Below, piece by piece: positions 38,315-52,191 of a DNA stretch of 64,000 nt. A program made the translations under genes and the position numbers. The stretch lies in assembly GCF_009834535.1 (NCBI RefSeq), contig NC_045707.1:49230001-49294000 (forward strand), written 5' to 3'. The notes beneath the pieces were generated by a model. The model made no database searches. It saw nothing but the letters and a program-made list of their open reading frames with translations, and had not been told where the DNA came from. Every line of letters begins with the position of its first letter. Position 1 is the stretch's first letter. Source of the DNA: Camelus ferus. Lineage: Eukaryota.

Positions 38315-40199
38315 GTTTGTCTGATCCAAAACCCATGTTCATTGCACTCAACCTAACTGTCTTAATGATCTGTTTTTTAATGCCTAAATATGCCTAGATA
38401 TGGGTATGCATGAGCACATAACACTCAAATAAAAACTACAGAGATACATGTACAAAACGATAATACAATGCTAATTTTGTCTGTTTGAGAAGGAATAGGA
38501 AAGTGCCAATGGCATATGCCTCAGGATAAATGAGTCAGTTATAAATGCCTGTTAATGCCACACACTGTCTACCACCCAAAACAACTTAGAAATTTCTTGG
38601 ATTGGGTCTGCCTGAGTTTAAAGTTATAACCTTGACATTTTGTAGCCTTTGAACCACTAAGGATTTTCATGCTATTCTATGTCCTTTTTCTCTTGATTTT
38701 CTATACTGTAGGGTACTTGGGCTGACACATATGGCCACATTTCATTTAATTAACTGTTTAATAGTTTTCCAATTCCCAACAGAAATTCAACCAAGGGCTG
38801 TGGTTTGTGTCAGCTGTTTGTTAGATTTAATTTGTCTATTCAGATTTATGTTTATAAATATACATTCTATTGAAATATTAATGATTTTCTACTTGAAATT
38901 CATTCCATTTCCTCAAGTAGTGAATTAAGCTAAAGACCAATTTCTGGGTCAAAAATTCTTTTCTCTGAAACTTTATGTGGAGCTCAGTTTTGCTGCAAAT
39001 ATTGGTTTGTGTTTTTTCCAAGTAACTTCTTATAATTATCCTCCACTGAATTAGCGAAACCAAATTTACTTGGTCTTCTGGTTTAATGGGTCTTTTCTTT
39101 CTTGCTTTTTCCAGGTGCCAAATAAACTCAATTTGTGAGGCTCTAATGATTTTGTCATTCTGAAGATATTACAGGAAAATGCCTGAGGTTCCTTTTAATC
39201 TTCCTTTCATTCCTTTGGGTGATCATCCTTAATGTCATCAGTCTGGGGTTTATCTCTTGGATAATGCTACTCAATTTTTTTTTCCTTTATATTTCCAGTT
39301 TCTGTCCTGACTTTTAATCTATATGATTCAGTATTTGGCAATCACTAAGTGAATAATATGCCAGGAAAATCATCTGTTTAGACCAATATCATTTTTATAG
39401 ATTTTTAATATGTAAATTACAAATTGTTTCCCAATCAAGAAATCTTGAGCAAGGGACACTGTAATGTTATTAAATGAACTGACATCCATCAAAGATTAAT
39501 AAAATAATACATTATGCTCACATTGATACTTTCCTCACATTAGTTTATTCTTTTTACTTAACTATTAATTTTAGATACCTTTGGGACATCAACATGTTAC
39601 TAAAAATAATTAGACTTAATAGTAAAACTCCAACGTCAGAATAAAATATTAGCAAAAGCCTAGATATTAGTTAAATTAAACAGAGTATTTAAGGTTCAAA
39701 ACAAAAAATGGTGACATTAGAACCATTCACTCATTAGCCAGTTGCTGTGGGACTGTGATCACATGCATGGTGTCAAGCTCAATAAACTCCATAATTACAG
39801 GCATATAAAGATATTATTAGTTATGAATTGATCATTTGACTTAATCTAATATTAGCTATAAACTTATAATTATAGCACTAGCCACTAAGGAAAGCATCCA
39901 GTTGGTATACATTATTAAAGATACTTAATTATTTTATGTCTGTAATATCTTCTGGAAGTCTCAAATTTTGTAGCATAAATAGTGTTGTTACTTTAGGTTA
40001 CAACTACCAGCCAGAGGCCTTGGCCTATTTTCAAAAATCTATTTCAGAGAAATGTTACAAAGATTTTTTAAAAAACACTTAGAGAAGAGAATGTCATCAA
40101 GCTTTAATAAGTATTGAGCTATCTCTGGTTGGGATAGTCTAGGGCAGAGCCAGACCTAAATTGTGTTAATAACTTATACTCTATAAAACCACACTGTTT

Positions 40200-40380
40200 T
40201 TAGCCAGCACTTTCATATACATCATCTCGTTTTATATCTATGACAACTGCGAAATAGGCTGGCAATGCTAGTCTTCTGTAGGAGATAAAAAGATGTCTTC
40301 AGGGAAAGTAAAGGAACTTGCCCAAAGTTACACAAAAAATGAATACTTGGAACCCAAGCCTCCTGAAAAGATCATGCACC
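40200..40380 (-). mobile_element. MIR SINE fragment
   Basis: AGCACTTTCATATACATCATCTCGTTT...AAAGGAACTTGCCCAAAGTTACAC. Confidence 0.65.
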
Positions 40381-40459
40381 AAATAACAAGAGATATCAAA
40401 GAGAACACAGGTCTCCTAACCCCGGCTATAATAATGCATGACCTAAGATAAGAGATTAT

Positions 40460-41300
40460 AGTTCAACATTCACTGAGCCTGTCACTATAGTCCACAATGT
40501 ATGACAAAGTTTGGAGATTAAAATAGTGAGGAATACAGAATTTGCATTAAAAGAGACAGAAATTAATTAAATAATTGCATTAACAAGTGCCAATTTACAA
40601 TCTGATCCAGTGTTAAAAAGGAAAGGGATAGGATTCTTTGAGAAACATAAAAAAGGCTTCTTCTGCCTTGACAGAGGCAGGGAAGCTATCAAGGGATGGC
40701 TTATCCTGATATCTGTACAGTAGATAACCAAAATGAAAGTGAGATTAAGGGTGGGCAGAAGAAATTTATTATGGAGGGAAAACAACATGTGGAAATGCCC
40801 TGGGGCAGGAAAGAACAGGGATGGTTTGAACTGAAAGTCCAGGATGGCTGGAGTACAGGAAAAAGAGGAAGAAGGTTTAAGATGAACGTAAAGAAGTAGA
40901 GACAACCCATGCAGAGTCTTCTAGGTAACGTGGAAGGTTTAGATCTTTATCCCTGGAATAACAGGAAGCAATTGTGCAGTAGTAAAAGGAGGCCAATGAG
41001 TATACGACATGATTTACATTTTGAAAAGCTAATTCTGGCTGCAGTGTAGAGAATAAATATAAGACCAAGAATGGATTCTGGGAGATCGTTGAGCAGGCTA
41101 GTCCAATTATCTAGGTGAGATATCTTAGAGGCTGAGACAGCAATGCTTTTAATGGCAATAAAGAGAAGTGGACATGTGTAAGAGCTTGCTAATTAAAAAA
41201 AAATACTGTTGAATGGACTTGGACATGAAATGAGAAATAAGGAGTTACCAACAGTAAGCCTGAGGTTTTTTGCTACCCAGTAAATCGTATTATGTATAAG
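40460..41300 (-). mobile_element. L2 LINE fragment
   Basis: TTCAACATTCACTGAGCCTG...GACATGATTTACATTTTGAAAAGCTAATTCTGGCTGCAGTGTAGAGAATA. Confidence 0.8.
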
Positions 41301-41309
41301 TACTAATCA

Positions 41310-41455
41310 AAAATATTTATTATGAGGAAATTGAGGCACAGAAACTTGAATAACTTGCTCAAGGTCACACAGTTTATAAAAAGAGGTGGAGCTGGAATTT
41401 GATATCGGGCAGTCAGCTCCAGACTCAGTTCTCTGGACCATTGTATCCACTGTCT
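41310..41455 (-). mobile_element. MIR SINE core
   Basis: ATGAGGAAATTGAGGCACAGA...TAACTTGCTCAAGGTCACACAG. Confidence 0.85.
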
Positions 41456-44400
41456 TTGTTTAGTAACCTCATTTTCAGAATAATTTATCTCTATTGTCAA
41501 TTCCTGATATCAACTGCAGAAATAGATGAGCACAATTCTTCCAGTGAAACAGGGTCTCCCATTCTAAAAGAATGTATTGATCTCAAAATAAAAAGTAGAT
41601 TTACCTGAGCTCTATGTTAGGCCTAATGAACCTGCCAGAATAAATAGCCACATATTTCAAAGTACAGATAAACTTCTTACATATTGAATTTACTGTTGTC
41701 ATTAGTCTACATCAAGCAATTCAAGTCACTTTGGTTCTCCTAGTTTCCCTGCCATGTTAAAAAAATTCTAAATTACAATGAACTCAAATCTTCAATGATG
41801 GCCTCATAGTTACATTTTCTAATTGCATTTGCTGAGCATCAGACAACATCCTACATCCTTCTCTGTATCTTAGGTCTGGTTGGTATCTATCAATCTGCAG
41901 GTTCAGTGAGAGGTACTGTACTGATAACCAACAGCCAAGGGACTTCTTGTTTATATGCTCTTTGATAAACTCTCTATAGAGAGCTATAAATAAATCTTAT
42001 AAAATATGGGATAGAAAAATAACTGAAACCTTAATTTAGGATTTGAATTATAAAATTATTTTGGAGGATTCTCTTTCTCTTCTTCTCTTTCTACCTCCCC
42101 CTCTTCCACTTCCTCTTCCTCCTCCTTCTTCTTCAATATTCTTAAAGCTTTATGTTAAAGGGGAAAAACAGAAACTTTCATTTTCAGCATACACACATAT
42201 TTATCCTCCTGGAAGTGGCAATGTCCTGTTTTGATCATTGTCAAAAATGAATGCTCTGATTCTAGGAGAAAAAGCTGTATGGTACACAGGCTATATGTGA
42301 CTGAGGATCATAATACAGACAGCTGCAAATGTATCTTTGTGAATGAAAAATAACCATTTTTTCCAATGCAAAGTCTGAATTTCAACAGAAAATTCTTACC
42401 ACTTTTTAATCACTAAACCAAAATTTTATAAAGCTTCTTTTAAAATTTATTTTGAAAACTATAATTGCTTTTGTTGCTTTGTAACCTACTAGGTATCGAT
42501 CCAAATATAAAAACATTTAAATATAAAAGTGATTTAAATATAGTATAACAATTAGCCCTCAGAATATATTATTACTCTTTAATTTAAAAAATGAAACAAA
42601 GTTCAAAAAAGCCAAATATCTAGATATGCAGATAGAAAGAGATGGAGCTGGAAACCAAAACCAGTGCCCAAACTATCGATAAAACCATTTCCTGTACAAC
42701 TATACTATAAGATGAGTTAAATTTTTTCCATATATATTCATTTCTAATGTGTCTTTCTACATTTTCACAGTTTTGAAACTATTGAACAGTTTTTAAATTA
42801 AGATGTATTTTAATACTGATTTCAAAAGAAATTTAGCAGTCATCAAGTTTAGAGGAAATTTATGACTTTTAGGCATTACCTGTGCATGAAATTGGTCATG
42901 TGTCATGTCTATCAATTTAATTAAATTATTTGCACTATAGAATCACATAAGATTGTAATTTAACTTAAAATTTTAATTTACCTACCAATTAAAATGTCTT
43001 TCAAGAGATTACATTACAGCTTTAGAATGAGAATTAACTGGGTTCATAAAGATTGCCTGCCACATTGTAGGCAAAGTGGTTAAGGACAATAGAAATTTCC
43101 AAAGTTCTGAACAGATTATAGAAGTTCAAACAGAAGAAGTGATGGGCATGCAACATGAAAAGCTACTACTGATATATTGAATATCTATCTGCCAAAAGCT
43201 GACTTCAAAGAGAAACTATTGTCTTCAAAGTTACCTAATCCAATTAAAGAAAATAAAAGTATAAATTTATCAAATAAGACAAAGAGATAGAGCTTTTTTT
43301 TTTAACATCACTTGAAAGTATAGCTACTCCTGTGAATTTGGCGGAGAAGGATGTGAGCTTATAATTAAGGGTTCAAATGTATGAGCTGGATCTTTAAGCA
43401 TGGAAAGCTGAATACACAGAACAGATAAAGAACTTGAGAGCCAAGAAATTTCTCTAAGTTTTCCTTTAGTGATCTCCTAAAGGCTTGCCTCCGGTTTTCT
43501 CTGAGACAATTGACTTTGTAAACAGAAACTTGATTTTGGTAACTTTATAGGTAGAGAAGATTGTCTCTTATGTGACTAACTTTCAGAACTCAATAACTGT
43601 CATAAACTCAATAGCCTTCACTGAAGCAGAAATGCACAGAGCTTAATGCTTCTTCCTTTATCTTAAAACGGTGATCTTGGAAAAGAATACAAAGAGCAGA
43701 GCTAAGACACTGTTTTTATCTTATCTTACTTCTCCATAATAAGTGTTTTGAGAAAGGTTTTGGTATATGACAAACAGATCACAAAATCAATCAATCAAGT
43801 GCTTTTAGGTCCCAAACAGGCACACAGATGAGAACAATGAATGGATGTTAGACAAGAGGGACTAATGGACATTATGTTGAACTGGAATATGTAAAGGGAA
43901 TTGGTGCTACTCAGCATCACACAATTTTTCTTAGGTCCAAGATTGGGATCCAGTGATTACACGTTTTGTTTGATTGCTTGTTTTTCCCTCAATATTTCAA
44001 ATAATTCAGCAAACTTCTTATGTTAACTATTCTGATCTTTAAATGTTGGCTCAACTAAACAAAAAACAAACAAACTCTCCATGCCAGGGGGGAAAAAAAA
44101 ACATGCCAGCCAAGGATGGGACGTCTGCCATTTAGTGGCATATGGTATAGAATTTTGGGGTAAAATTCTACAGCTAAGGAGTTTGGGGGAAGTAAAGAAA
44201 GGTGACACTTCTAAGATACAGAATTGGGGGACTGGGCACAAGAAAATTCTTCATATCTCACACTTTGGTTCTGGGTTTGGAGTGTCCTGAGACTTGAAAG
44301 AGGATCTTGTCAATATTATCAGGAAAAAAGATGAGGGAAGGATTCAAGAGCAGAGCCTAGAGTAGACTTAAAAAGGTAAGATTAGATGTTTAGGTAGAAA

Positions 44401-47005
44401 GTCTATTTAGCCTTTAAGAAAGCTTGCAAAGGCAATGAGTGAAAATGCTATCATAATAAGACAACAAAAGTGAAAAACATTAGTCACCTTCAATATTAAA
44501 CTTCCATAATTTTCTACAAATCCAGAGCTTAGAAAAGTCTTTGGGACTATAAGTAAAATTACATCAGGCAGAACTACTAAGTAAAGGAGGTCATCAACTA
44601 ATTGCATCGATTGGGATTCCTCCATCCCAACCTAATACACATTTATGAAAATGTATCATTCTACTCAGTACTTTGCCAATTAGATTAAGTAGGCTTGGCA
44701 TGCTGCCTTTGAGGAGAAAGTAAACCCTGAAGTTTACTTAATCTTATCTTCTCTTCCCCACAATTCCCTTAGAGAAAATCATACTTGATTCTATTCTGTT
44801 CAGAGTAATTTGCCCTCTTCATGAAGAGTTCCCTATCTTCACTGTCTTAGTACTCCCCTGATAGACCTTTGAAAACAGGCAATAAATATATCAGTTCCAT
44901 GTGGCTCTGATTCCTCTTACTACCTCATGTTGCATTCAGAATAACTTATTGTTTAATATTATTTATAACAATAAAAAAGAGGACCCTGATGGCTTCCAGA
45001 TGTTAGTAACATTTAAAAACAAAGTTGATTCAAACATCAGGATTACAAACACCAGAAATGAAGCTAATTCCCACAAAGCTATAATAAATATCCTCGGTGC
45101 TGTTTTCTTTTCTAAAATAAAAAATTTTAATTATAAAACAAATGCTTGCTAAGTCATAAAGTACTCAGATTGCACTTAACTATAGGAAGTAAAAAAAATG
45201 AAAGACCCCTTAAGATTCTTACTCTGCATAGACTCCTATGACCCCACCCCTCACCTATAAATAACCACTATTAACATTTTGGTTTATCTTCTTCAAGGAT
45301 ATGTTTTCTTTTCATTATCTTTGCACACATTACATACAGGTAGATGACAAATAAGTCAACAGATAGATGGAATAGGTTGATGTTTTTAAACCAAAATTGC
45401 ATCACCTCTTACATTCTGTTTTGCTATTTTCACCTTAATAATGTTGACATAGACATTCCTTTCTCAATTAATAAAGTTTGCATAGTATTCTTTTATATAA
45501 ATGTTTTATAATGTACTTAGCCAATTTACTATTGACAGATAAGTATTTGACTTTTTCCCATCAAAATGGGAGATAAGAGACTTTAAAATCCAATTCAATT
45601 TGAAACCTCAATTTAAAATATCTACATTAAGATTATAGTCATTTTAAAAAACACTTGTCTGTTTTTTCAGACTGTTTTTATACTCTCAATTGAGTTGTTG
45701 AATGATTCTAATACGGTGGTTGCCTTCAAATGTCTGTGTTCAGTATTGCAGATTTTATTTGCCATAAAAGATTTATTTGTCATAAAAGATTTATTTCTTT
45801 GGTATAAATTAATGAGTATATTTTCATTTGTTTAATTTTTCTCAAGTATTTATTATCAAATTCAACTAGAATCTACATAAAATAAGAACAAATGAATAAA
45901 TAATTTTATCATAGATACAAACAAAATTGATATTAACACTGAATCTCCTGGCTGAGAAGTAATTTGTGAAACAATAATGACTGGTCTCCAACTATTATAA
46001 GGTGATACACCAGAAGAGGAAGCAGAATAATTATAATATTGAAATTAATTCCATTTTATTAATTTTCTGTGGTAATTTAAAGGTATTTTGGGGAGAAAAA
46101 AAGCACAGTGTTCCTTTTTTTAAAAAATAATCATTGTTAGAGCTTATTATTTTCCTACTGAAATGCAAAAATATTGAAAAAGCAAGCTCAGGTCTCCTGT
46201 TAAAATTATTATCAGGGTTTAAGACTACTTAGCTTTATTCTTTGCATTTGAAGGTGTTCCATTAGCTTGGTTTGGTTTATAATATCTGTAATTAACTATC
46301 ATATGGGGAAAAAGTTAAAAAAAACAACTTTCTTGAAAAATGGTGGAGTTAGAATTCAATGTCTATTGAACTTATTTTTAATATCTTAAAATTTAATTGA
46401 CTGCAGCAAAATGGACAACATTTAGTGTTCCTTCAAGAACAAAATTCTCAGCCCTGTTTCAAAACCATTTAACCATAGAAGCTTTCTTATTCAACTGCAC
46501 ATTTAAATCATAGAGGACCAGATACATTACATAAACTATATCATCTCTTCATGAAACTGGATGATTCAAAATATTAAGAATTTCTCTGGAAAGAGCTTTT
46601 CAATTATGTATTTAATGATCCATGGTCATAGTATGTGCCTTTTTACTATTATTCTTATCTTAAAATTAGAGTAACCGAGGAATCACAAATAAATTAAATA
46701 TATACAGAGACTGGAACACTGCAGAATGTGAGAATTTGAATGGCATGAAGACAAGAAACTACATTTTCACTTGTTAATTTTGGTGGGTTTCTGTAGAGTT
46801 TCAGAAGTCTTCCTCTAACACAGAGGCAGTTGTGACCCAGCGGAATGAGTTCTAGACTTAGAATCGAAAGTCCACTTCCCCACTGGTTGAAAAGTTTGGC
46901 CAATTTATCTATCATCTCTAAGCCTCAGTTTCGTCTTTAATAATATTAAAATGAACTAGAAAAGAATACCTAACTCTAACAAGCATGACTGAGAGATAAT
47001 TTTGA

Positions 47006-47141
47006 TTTTTTTTTTTTTTTAGGGGAGGAGGTAATTAGGTTTGTCTATTTACTTATTTCTTAAATGGAGATACTAGGGATTGAACCCAGGACCTTCTCCA
47101 TGCTAGGCAGGCACTCTACCACTAAGCTATCTCCTCCCCCT
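47006..47141 (-). mobile_element. tRNA-derived SINE, camelid Vic-1-like
   Basis: Minus strand GGGGGAGGAGATAGCTTAGTGGTAGAGTG (A box)...GGTTCAATCCC (B box)...ACCTAATTACCTCCTCCCCT plus A15; TSD TGA(G/C)AGATAATTTTGA at 46990-47005 and 47142-47157. Confidence 0.9.
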
Positions 47142-47959
47142 TGACAGATAATTTTGAAAATGCTTTTAACTTATGAAATTCCTATGCAATTTGCAGAAAA
47201 TATGTAAACAGTAAAACTATCTTATGATCCCAGTACTGTCATATTCACTCTCTTTAATATACCTCCTATCTTAATTATCTGTCACTATCCTAAAATAATT
47301 CTGCACTAATTACTAGTTTACAACTCTTTTCTTCCATTCCCTATTTATCAGCCAGCATGATTGGATTCAGCATTCATAACAGAAAGAGAACTGATGAGAA
47401 TATAAACATGTTTGATTATCTACCTCAATTTCTCTTTTATAACTGTGTATTGATGCTCTTGTTAATAGCTGTAAAAGATCCCATATTGGATTAGCAATGT
47501 TTTCCAAAGTACATATTTATGCAGTAACAAATTTATATTAAAAATGTATGTGTATCATTTGATTTTCTCTCTTGAGAAGCATTTTTGGACCTAATTATAA
47601 TATTTCTTACTGCTTTCTACATAGAAATGGCAAATACCTTACTTACTATGTATCAAAGTAGACTGAGGCAGGCAGTAGATGGAGGAGGCATAAATACTTT
47701 CAGTTAGGCCAAGCCAAAAGAGTAAGTTATGTGGAAAGGATGGAATTTTATTTCATGCACTCCACAAATGTCCACATGGTTATAGGCTGAACCAACATTT
47801 ACACTCATCTAGTGACTGATTATTTTACCTAATTCCTTGTTATCTATGAAGCAATTTTAAGTAAATAAGTCACTACTTATGTGTATTAAGGAAAACCATA
47901 TTAAAATCAAATGTTTCATTCTCTAACATATCTTTAAAGATTAAAAATGACACTTCTAA

Positions 47960-48982
47960 AATTCATAATTACAGCTGGAGACTACACCCCTGTCTCAACA
48001 CAAATAGAACACCTAGACAGTAAATGAGCAAGAATAAAGAAGAATTCAACAACACCATCAACCAACAGGCTCTAAATGACATTTATAGAACACTCCACCT
48101 AAATAGATAATATATATTATTTTCAAATGCCCATGGAAAATACACCAAAATAGACTGTATCATGGGCCATAAAATAAATGCTAATAAATTTAAAATAGCT
48201 GAGAACATACAGTGTGCATTCTTCAACCATAGTGAAATGTAACTAGAAATCTCTAACTGCATGGAAACTAAACATGGAAAATAACCTATGGGTCAAAGAG
48301 GAATTCACAAATAAAATCAAAATTATACTTAACTAAATAAAAATGAAAATATATCAAAAAGTGTGGGTCACAGCTATAGCAGTGCTATGGTATTAAATGC
48401 ATATATTAGAAAAGAGAGAAAGTCTTAAATCAGTTATATAATCTCTCATCTCAAGAAACCACAAAACTAAAAAAATGAATGGAAAGCATCAGAAGGAAGA
48501 AATAGTAAATATAAGAGTAGAAATCAATAAAATTTTAAAAAGGAAAAGTAGACAGAAATAATGAAACAGTAAAACTGGTTCTTTGAAAAGATCAATAAAA
48601 ATTAAAATCTCTGTTTAGATGAATGAGAAGAAAAGGGAACACACAGATTACCAATATCAGGAGTGAAACAAGGGGTATCACTACAGACCCTGAAGACATC
48701 AAAAGAATAAAAAGAGGCTATTAAGGAATAATTCTACACACAAAAATTTGACAATTTAGATGAAATAGACCAATTCCTCAAAAAACACAAACTACCACAA
48801 CTTACCACATATGAAATATTTGATTTTAATTGGCATGTAACTATAAAAATTTGAATCTATAATTTAAAAAACTCCCAAAAAAGGAATGTACCATGCCTCG
48901 ATGGTTTCATTGAAGAACTCTACCAAATCTTTAAAGAAAAATTAACACCAATTTTACTCAGTCTCTTCTGGAAAACAGAACT
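47960..48982 (+). mobile_element. Old L1 ORF2 fragment (endonuclease to Z domain)
   Basis: GACATTTATAGAACACTCCACC and AAATTTGACAATTTAGATGAAATAGACCAATTCC; the latter is collinear with ~35460-35510. Confidence 0.85.
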
Positions 48983-49627
48983 AGTTTTAAGAATTTTACA
49001 AAAATTAAAATAATATTTTTAATATATACTCTGAATCAAATTGTTTACTAGTTCACACACATTATCTCTTTTCTCTTTGAGTTCTTAAAGGTGAGAATCC
49101 TTATCAACTTTAGAGACAAGAAAACAAATTTGGAGAGGTTAAGTGACTGACTTGCCCAAAGTAGCATAGTCAGTGGTGATAAAATTACTGATAAATTAAC
49201 ATGTGTCTATATTAGGTATTTCAGATATTTTCTTAAATAATCAAAATAATCCTTATGTGATAAAAAGTATTATTCTTTTTCCACTTTAACAGATGATAGA
49301 TTTTAAGAAAATTGTACATGATCTTGCAGTTGATGTGTGATATTGCCAGGATTCAGTTCAGACAGCCAAATTCTAAAGCCTGCTCACTCGATCAACATTA
49401 TCTGCTGGAAAAAAAAAAAAAAAAAAAAAGCAGATGCAGAATTCAACTTTTCCTTGCCTAGGGAAGGATTAATTCCTATCTAAATACATGCATCTCATCT
49501 AAATACATACCTGCATACACATTCGGTGAGAATCATTTTTGTGCTTTAGATCTGCTAGTCTCATTCTAACATGCTCATGATAGTAAAAAATTCAATCTTC
49601 TTTACATACATTTTGGTAGTAATAGTT

Positions 49628-49857
49628 GTTTTAGTTAGCTTGGGCTACCATAACAAAATACCATAGACTGAGGAGCTTAAACAAAAAAACGTATTTGTTT
49701 CTTGTTATAAGGACACTCATGTCACTATAAGAACATTACCTCATGATCTCATCTAACTCTAATTAACCCCCAAAGGCCATATCTCCAAATATGATCCATT
49801 TGGGGTTAGCGCTTCAACATGAATTTTGGAGGGGCACAAATATTTCGTTCATAAAAA
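49628..49857 (-). mobile_element. MLT1A-like MaLR LTR, internally deleted
   Basis: GGGCTACCATAACAAAATACCATAGACTG...CTTCAACATGAATTTTGGAGGGGCACAAA. Confidence 0.82.
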
Positions 49858-50089
49858 TAATTTATTCTTATTGGTGTGAGAAACATAAAAAAGACTGAAA
49901 AGTATATAAACTTGAAAAAAAAACGATTACAACTTTATTCTTCCAAATTCTACTCCTCAGATATTTTTTCCTCTTTAATCAAGCACATAGGCTTCATATT
50001 AAAAATGATATGGAATTGCATTGAGTAGCTTCAGAAAAATAATTCTGCAACTGAAAATCAAAATCATAAAATATCCAAGCAGAGAATTT

Positions 50090-50700
50090 TTTGTTTCCAG
50101 CTAAGATGGAGAAACAACCCCCCATTTAACAAGCTAAAATATTTGAAAAAAATTAATAATTTGAAAAATAGGCTAAATCTACAAAACACTAGTCTTCATA
50201 CATTTGACAACAGGCAGCTCAGGACTGTGATTCCTGAGAGAATAGAAACAAGTAAGGTGATCCATATGATTGCACCAGGTTATTGCTTGCATGAAATTTT
50301 CAGTATGTAGCACAGGAAGAAGGAAGGCAAACCATCAGGCATTCTTGCTATTGAGAGAGAAATCACAGTTCAGAGAGGCCTATGTGTCTAAAAGGAGGAG
50401 GCTTCAGAAAGTTACAGAAATAGGCAGAGGAATCCCAACAAGTCATTGACAGAGTACTCATCTGTACACATTTGTGAGGAAAATATCTAAGGCCAGAAAA
50501 AGAACCAGCTGTAAAGATCATTTGAAATATTTCCAGAGCTCACAGAGGGGTGGAAAGAGTTTGAATTCCCAAGAGGCAGAGTGGAACTGTCTTATAATAC
50601 ACAGGACATCATATAGAGTCCTCAGAACAGTCTTAGCAGTGCAGCTAAATTAGCCCAAAACCAAATTATGCCCAAGACCCATCCTAAGAAGTGTTACGTA
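50090..50700 (+). mobile_element. Old L1 5'-UTR-like fragment
   Basis: TTTCCAGCTAAGATGGAG start; the GGCAGC..GAC....CCTGAGAGAA motif recurs at ~63120-63160. Confidence 0.5.
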
Positions 50701-50772
50701 TTACTCGGTGAATTTGCAAGAAAATTCTTTTCTTTATGGAACTAGATTTCTCGAATTAGATGTTATTAATTA

Positions 50773-52191
50773 TAATTTGATTTTTACTTTTTTGAGGAAA
50801 CTCCATACCGTTTTCCATAATAATTGTACCAATTTACATTCCCACAAACAGTGTAAAAGGGTTCCCTTTTCTTCACATCCTTGCCAAGACTTGTCATCTT
50901 TTGTCTTCATGGTAACAGTCATCCTAACAGGTGTGAGATAATATCTTATTGTGGTTTCAATTTGCATTTCAAAATCTGCAATCTCTTGATGATTAGCAAT
51001 GCTGAGCATCTTTTCATGTACCTGTAGGCCACCTGCATGCCTTCTTTGGGTCCTTTTTCCACTTAAATTGGACTATTTGAGTTCTTCTGCTGCTGAGTTG
51101 CATGAGTTCCTTATCTATGTTGGATATTAACCCATTATCAGATATGTGATTTGCAAATATTTTCTCTTATATTGTAGGTTGCCTTTCCATTTTGTTGATG
51201 GCTTCTTTTGCTGTGAAAAAGCTTTTTAGTTAGATGGAGTCTCATTTATTTATTTTAGCTCTTGATACCTGTGTTTGGTATCCAAAAACTCATTGCCAAA
51301 ACCAACATCAAGGAAATTTTTCCTTACGTTTTCCTTTAAGAGTTTTATGATTTCAGATCTCACATGTAAGTCTTTAATCCATTTCAAGTTAATTTCTGTT
51401 AGTTGTATAAGATTCGGGATCCATTTTAATTATTTGACCTGTGGATGTCCATTTTTCCCAGCACCATTTACTGAAGCAACTGTCCTTTTCCCATAGTATG
51501 CTCTTAGTGCCCTTGTCAAAGGATAGTTCACCATGTACACATGGGTTTATTTCTCTGCTCTCTATTCTGTTCGTTGGTCAGAATCAACCTGTGTCCATTG
51601 ACAGATAAATGGATAAAGAAAATATGGTGTGTGTATATACTGTATGTAGGTATGTATAGATAGATGGATAAATAGATAGGTATATAGATAGAAATATTAT
51701 TTAGACATAAAAAGGAAGGAAATCCTGTCATTTGTCACAAGATGGATGAACCTGGAGGGGATTATGTTAAGTGAAGTAAGCTAGACAAAGACAAATACTG
51801 ACTTATCTGTGGAATCAAAAAAAAAAAAAAAAAAAAAGCCCATCTCATAGAAACAGAGAGTAGAACAATGGCTGCCAGGGGCTGAGATACAGGTCAGAAA
51901 ATATAAATTTTCAGTTATAAGACAAGCAAGTTCTGACGATCTAATGTACAGCATGGTGCCTATAGTTAATAATTTGTTATCATTTACTTGAAATTTGTTG
52001 AGAGTTGACCTTAAGCATTCTCACTACCAGAAAAAATGAAAGATAGAGATAACTACATGAGATGATGAATGTGGTAATTAACTTGATTGTAGTAGTCATA
52101 TCACAATGTATATGTATATCAAATCACCACATAAATTTTAAATATATACAATTTTATTTGCCAATTATTCCTCCATAAAGCTAGAAAAAAA
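50773..52191 (+). mobile_element. L1 (L1MA9-like) with 5' inversion: 50773-~51579 minus, ~51580-52191 plus
   Basis: Minus part is late ORF2; plus part is the ORF2 end, 3' UTR and A tail; TSD AGA(T/A)GTTATTAATTA at 50758-50772 and 52192-52206. Confidence 0.88.

Noticed and set aside
45750..45796. Short tandem duplication CATAAAAGATTTATTT
   Set aside because: Simple slippage duplication; no spacers, not CRISPR-like
47060..47141. tRNA gene
   Set aside because: Followed by an AT-rich body, poly(A) and TSD, so it is a SINE head
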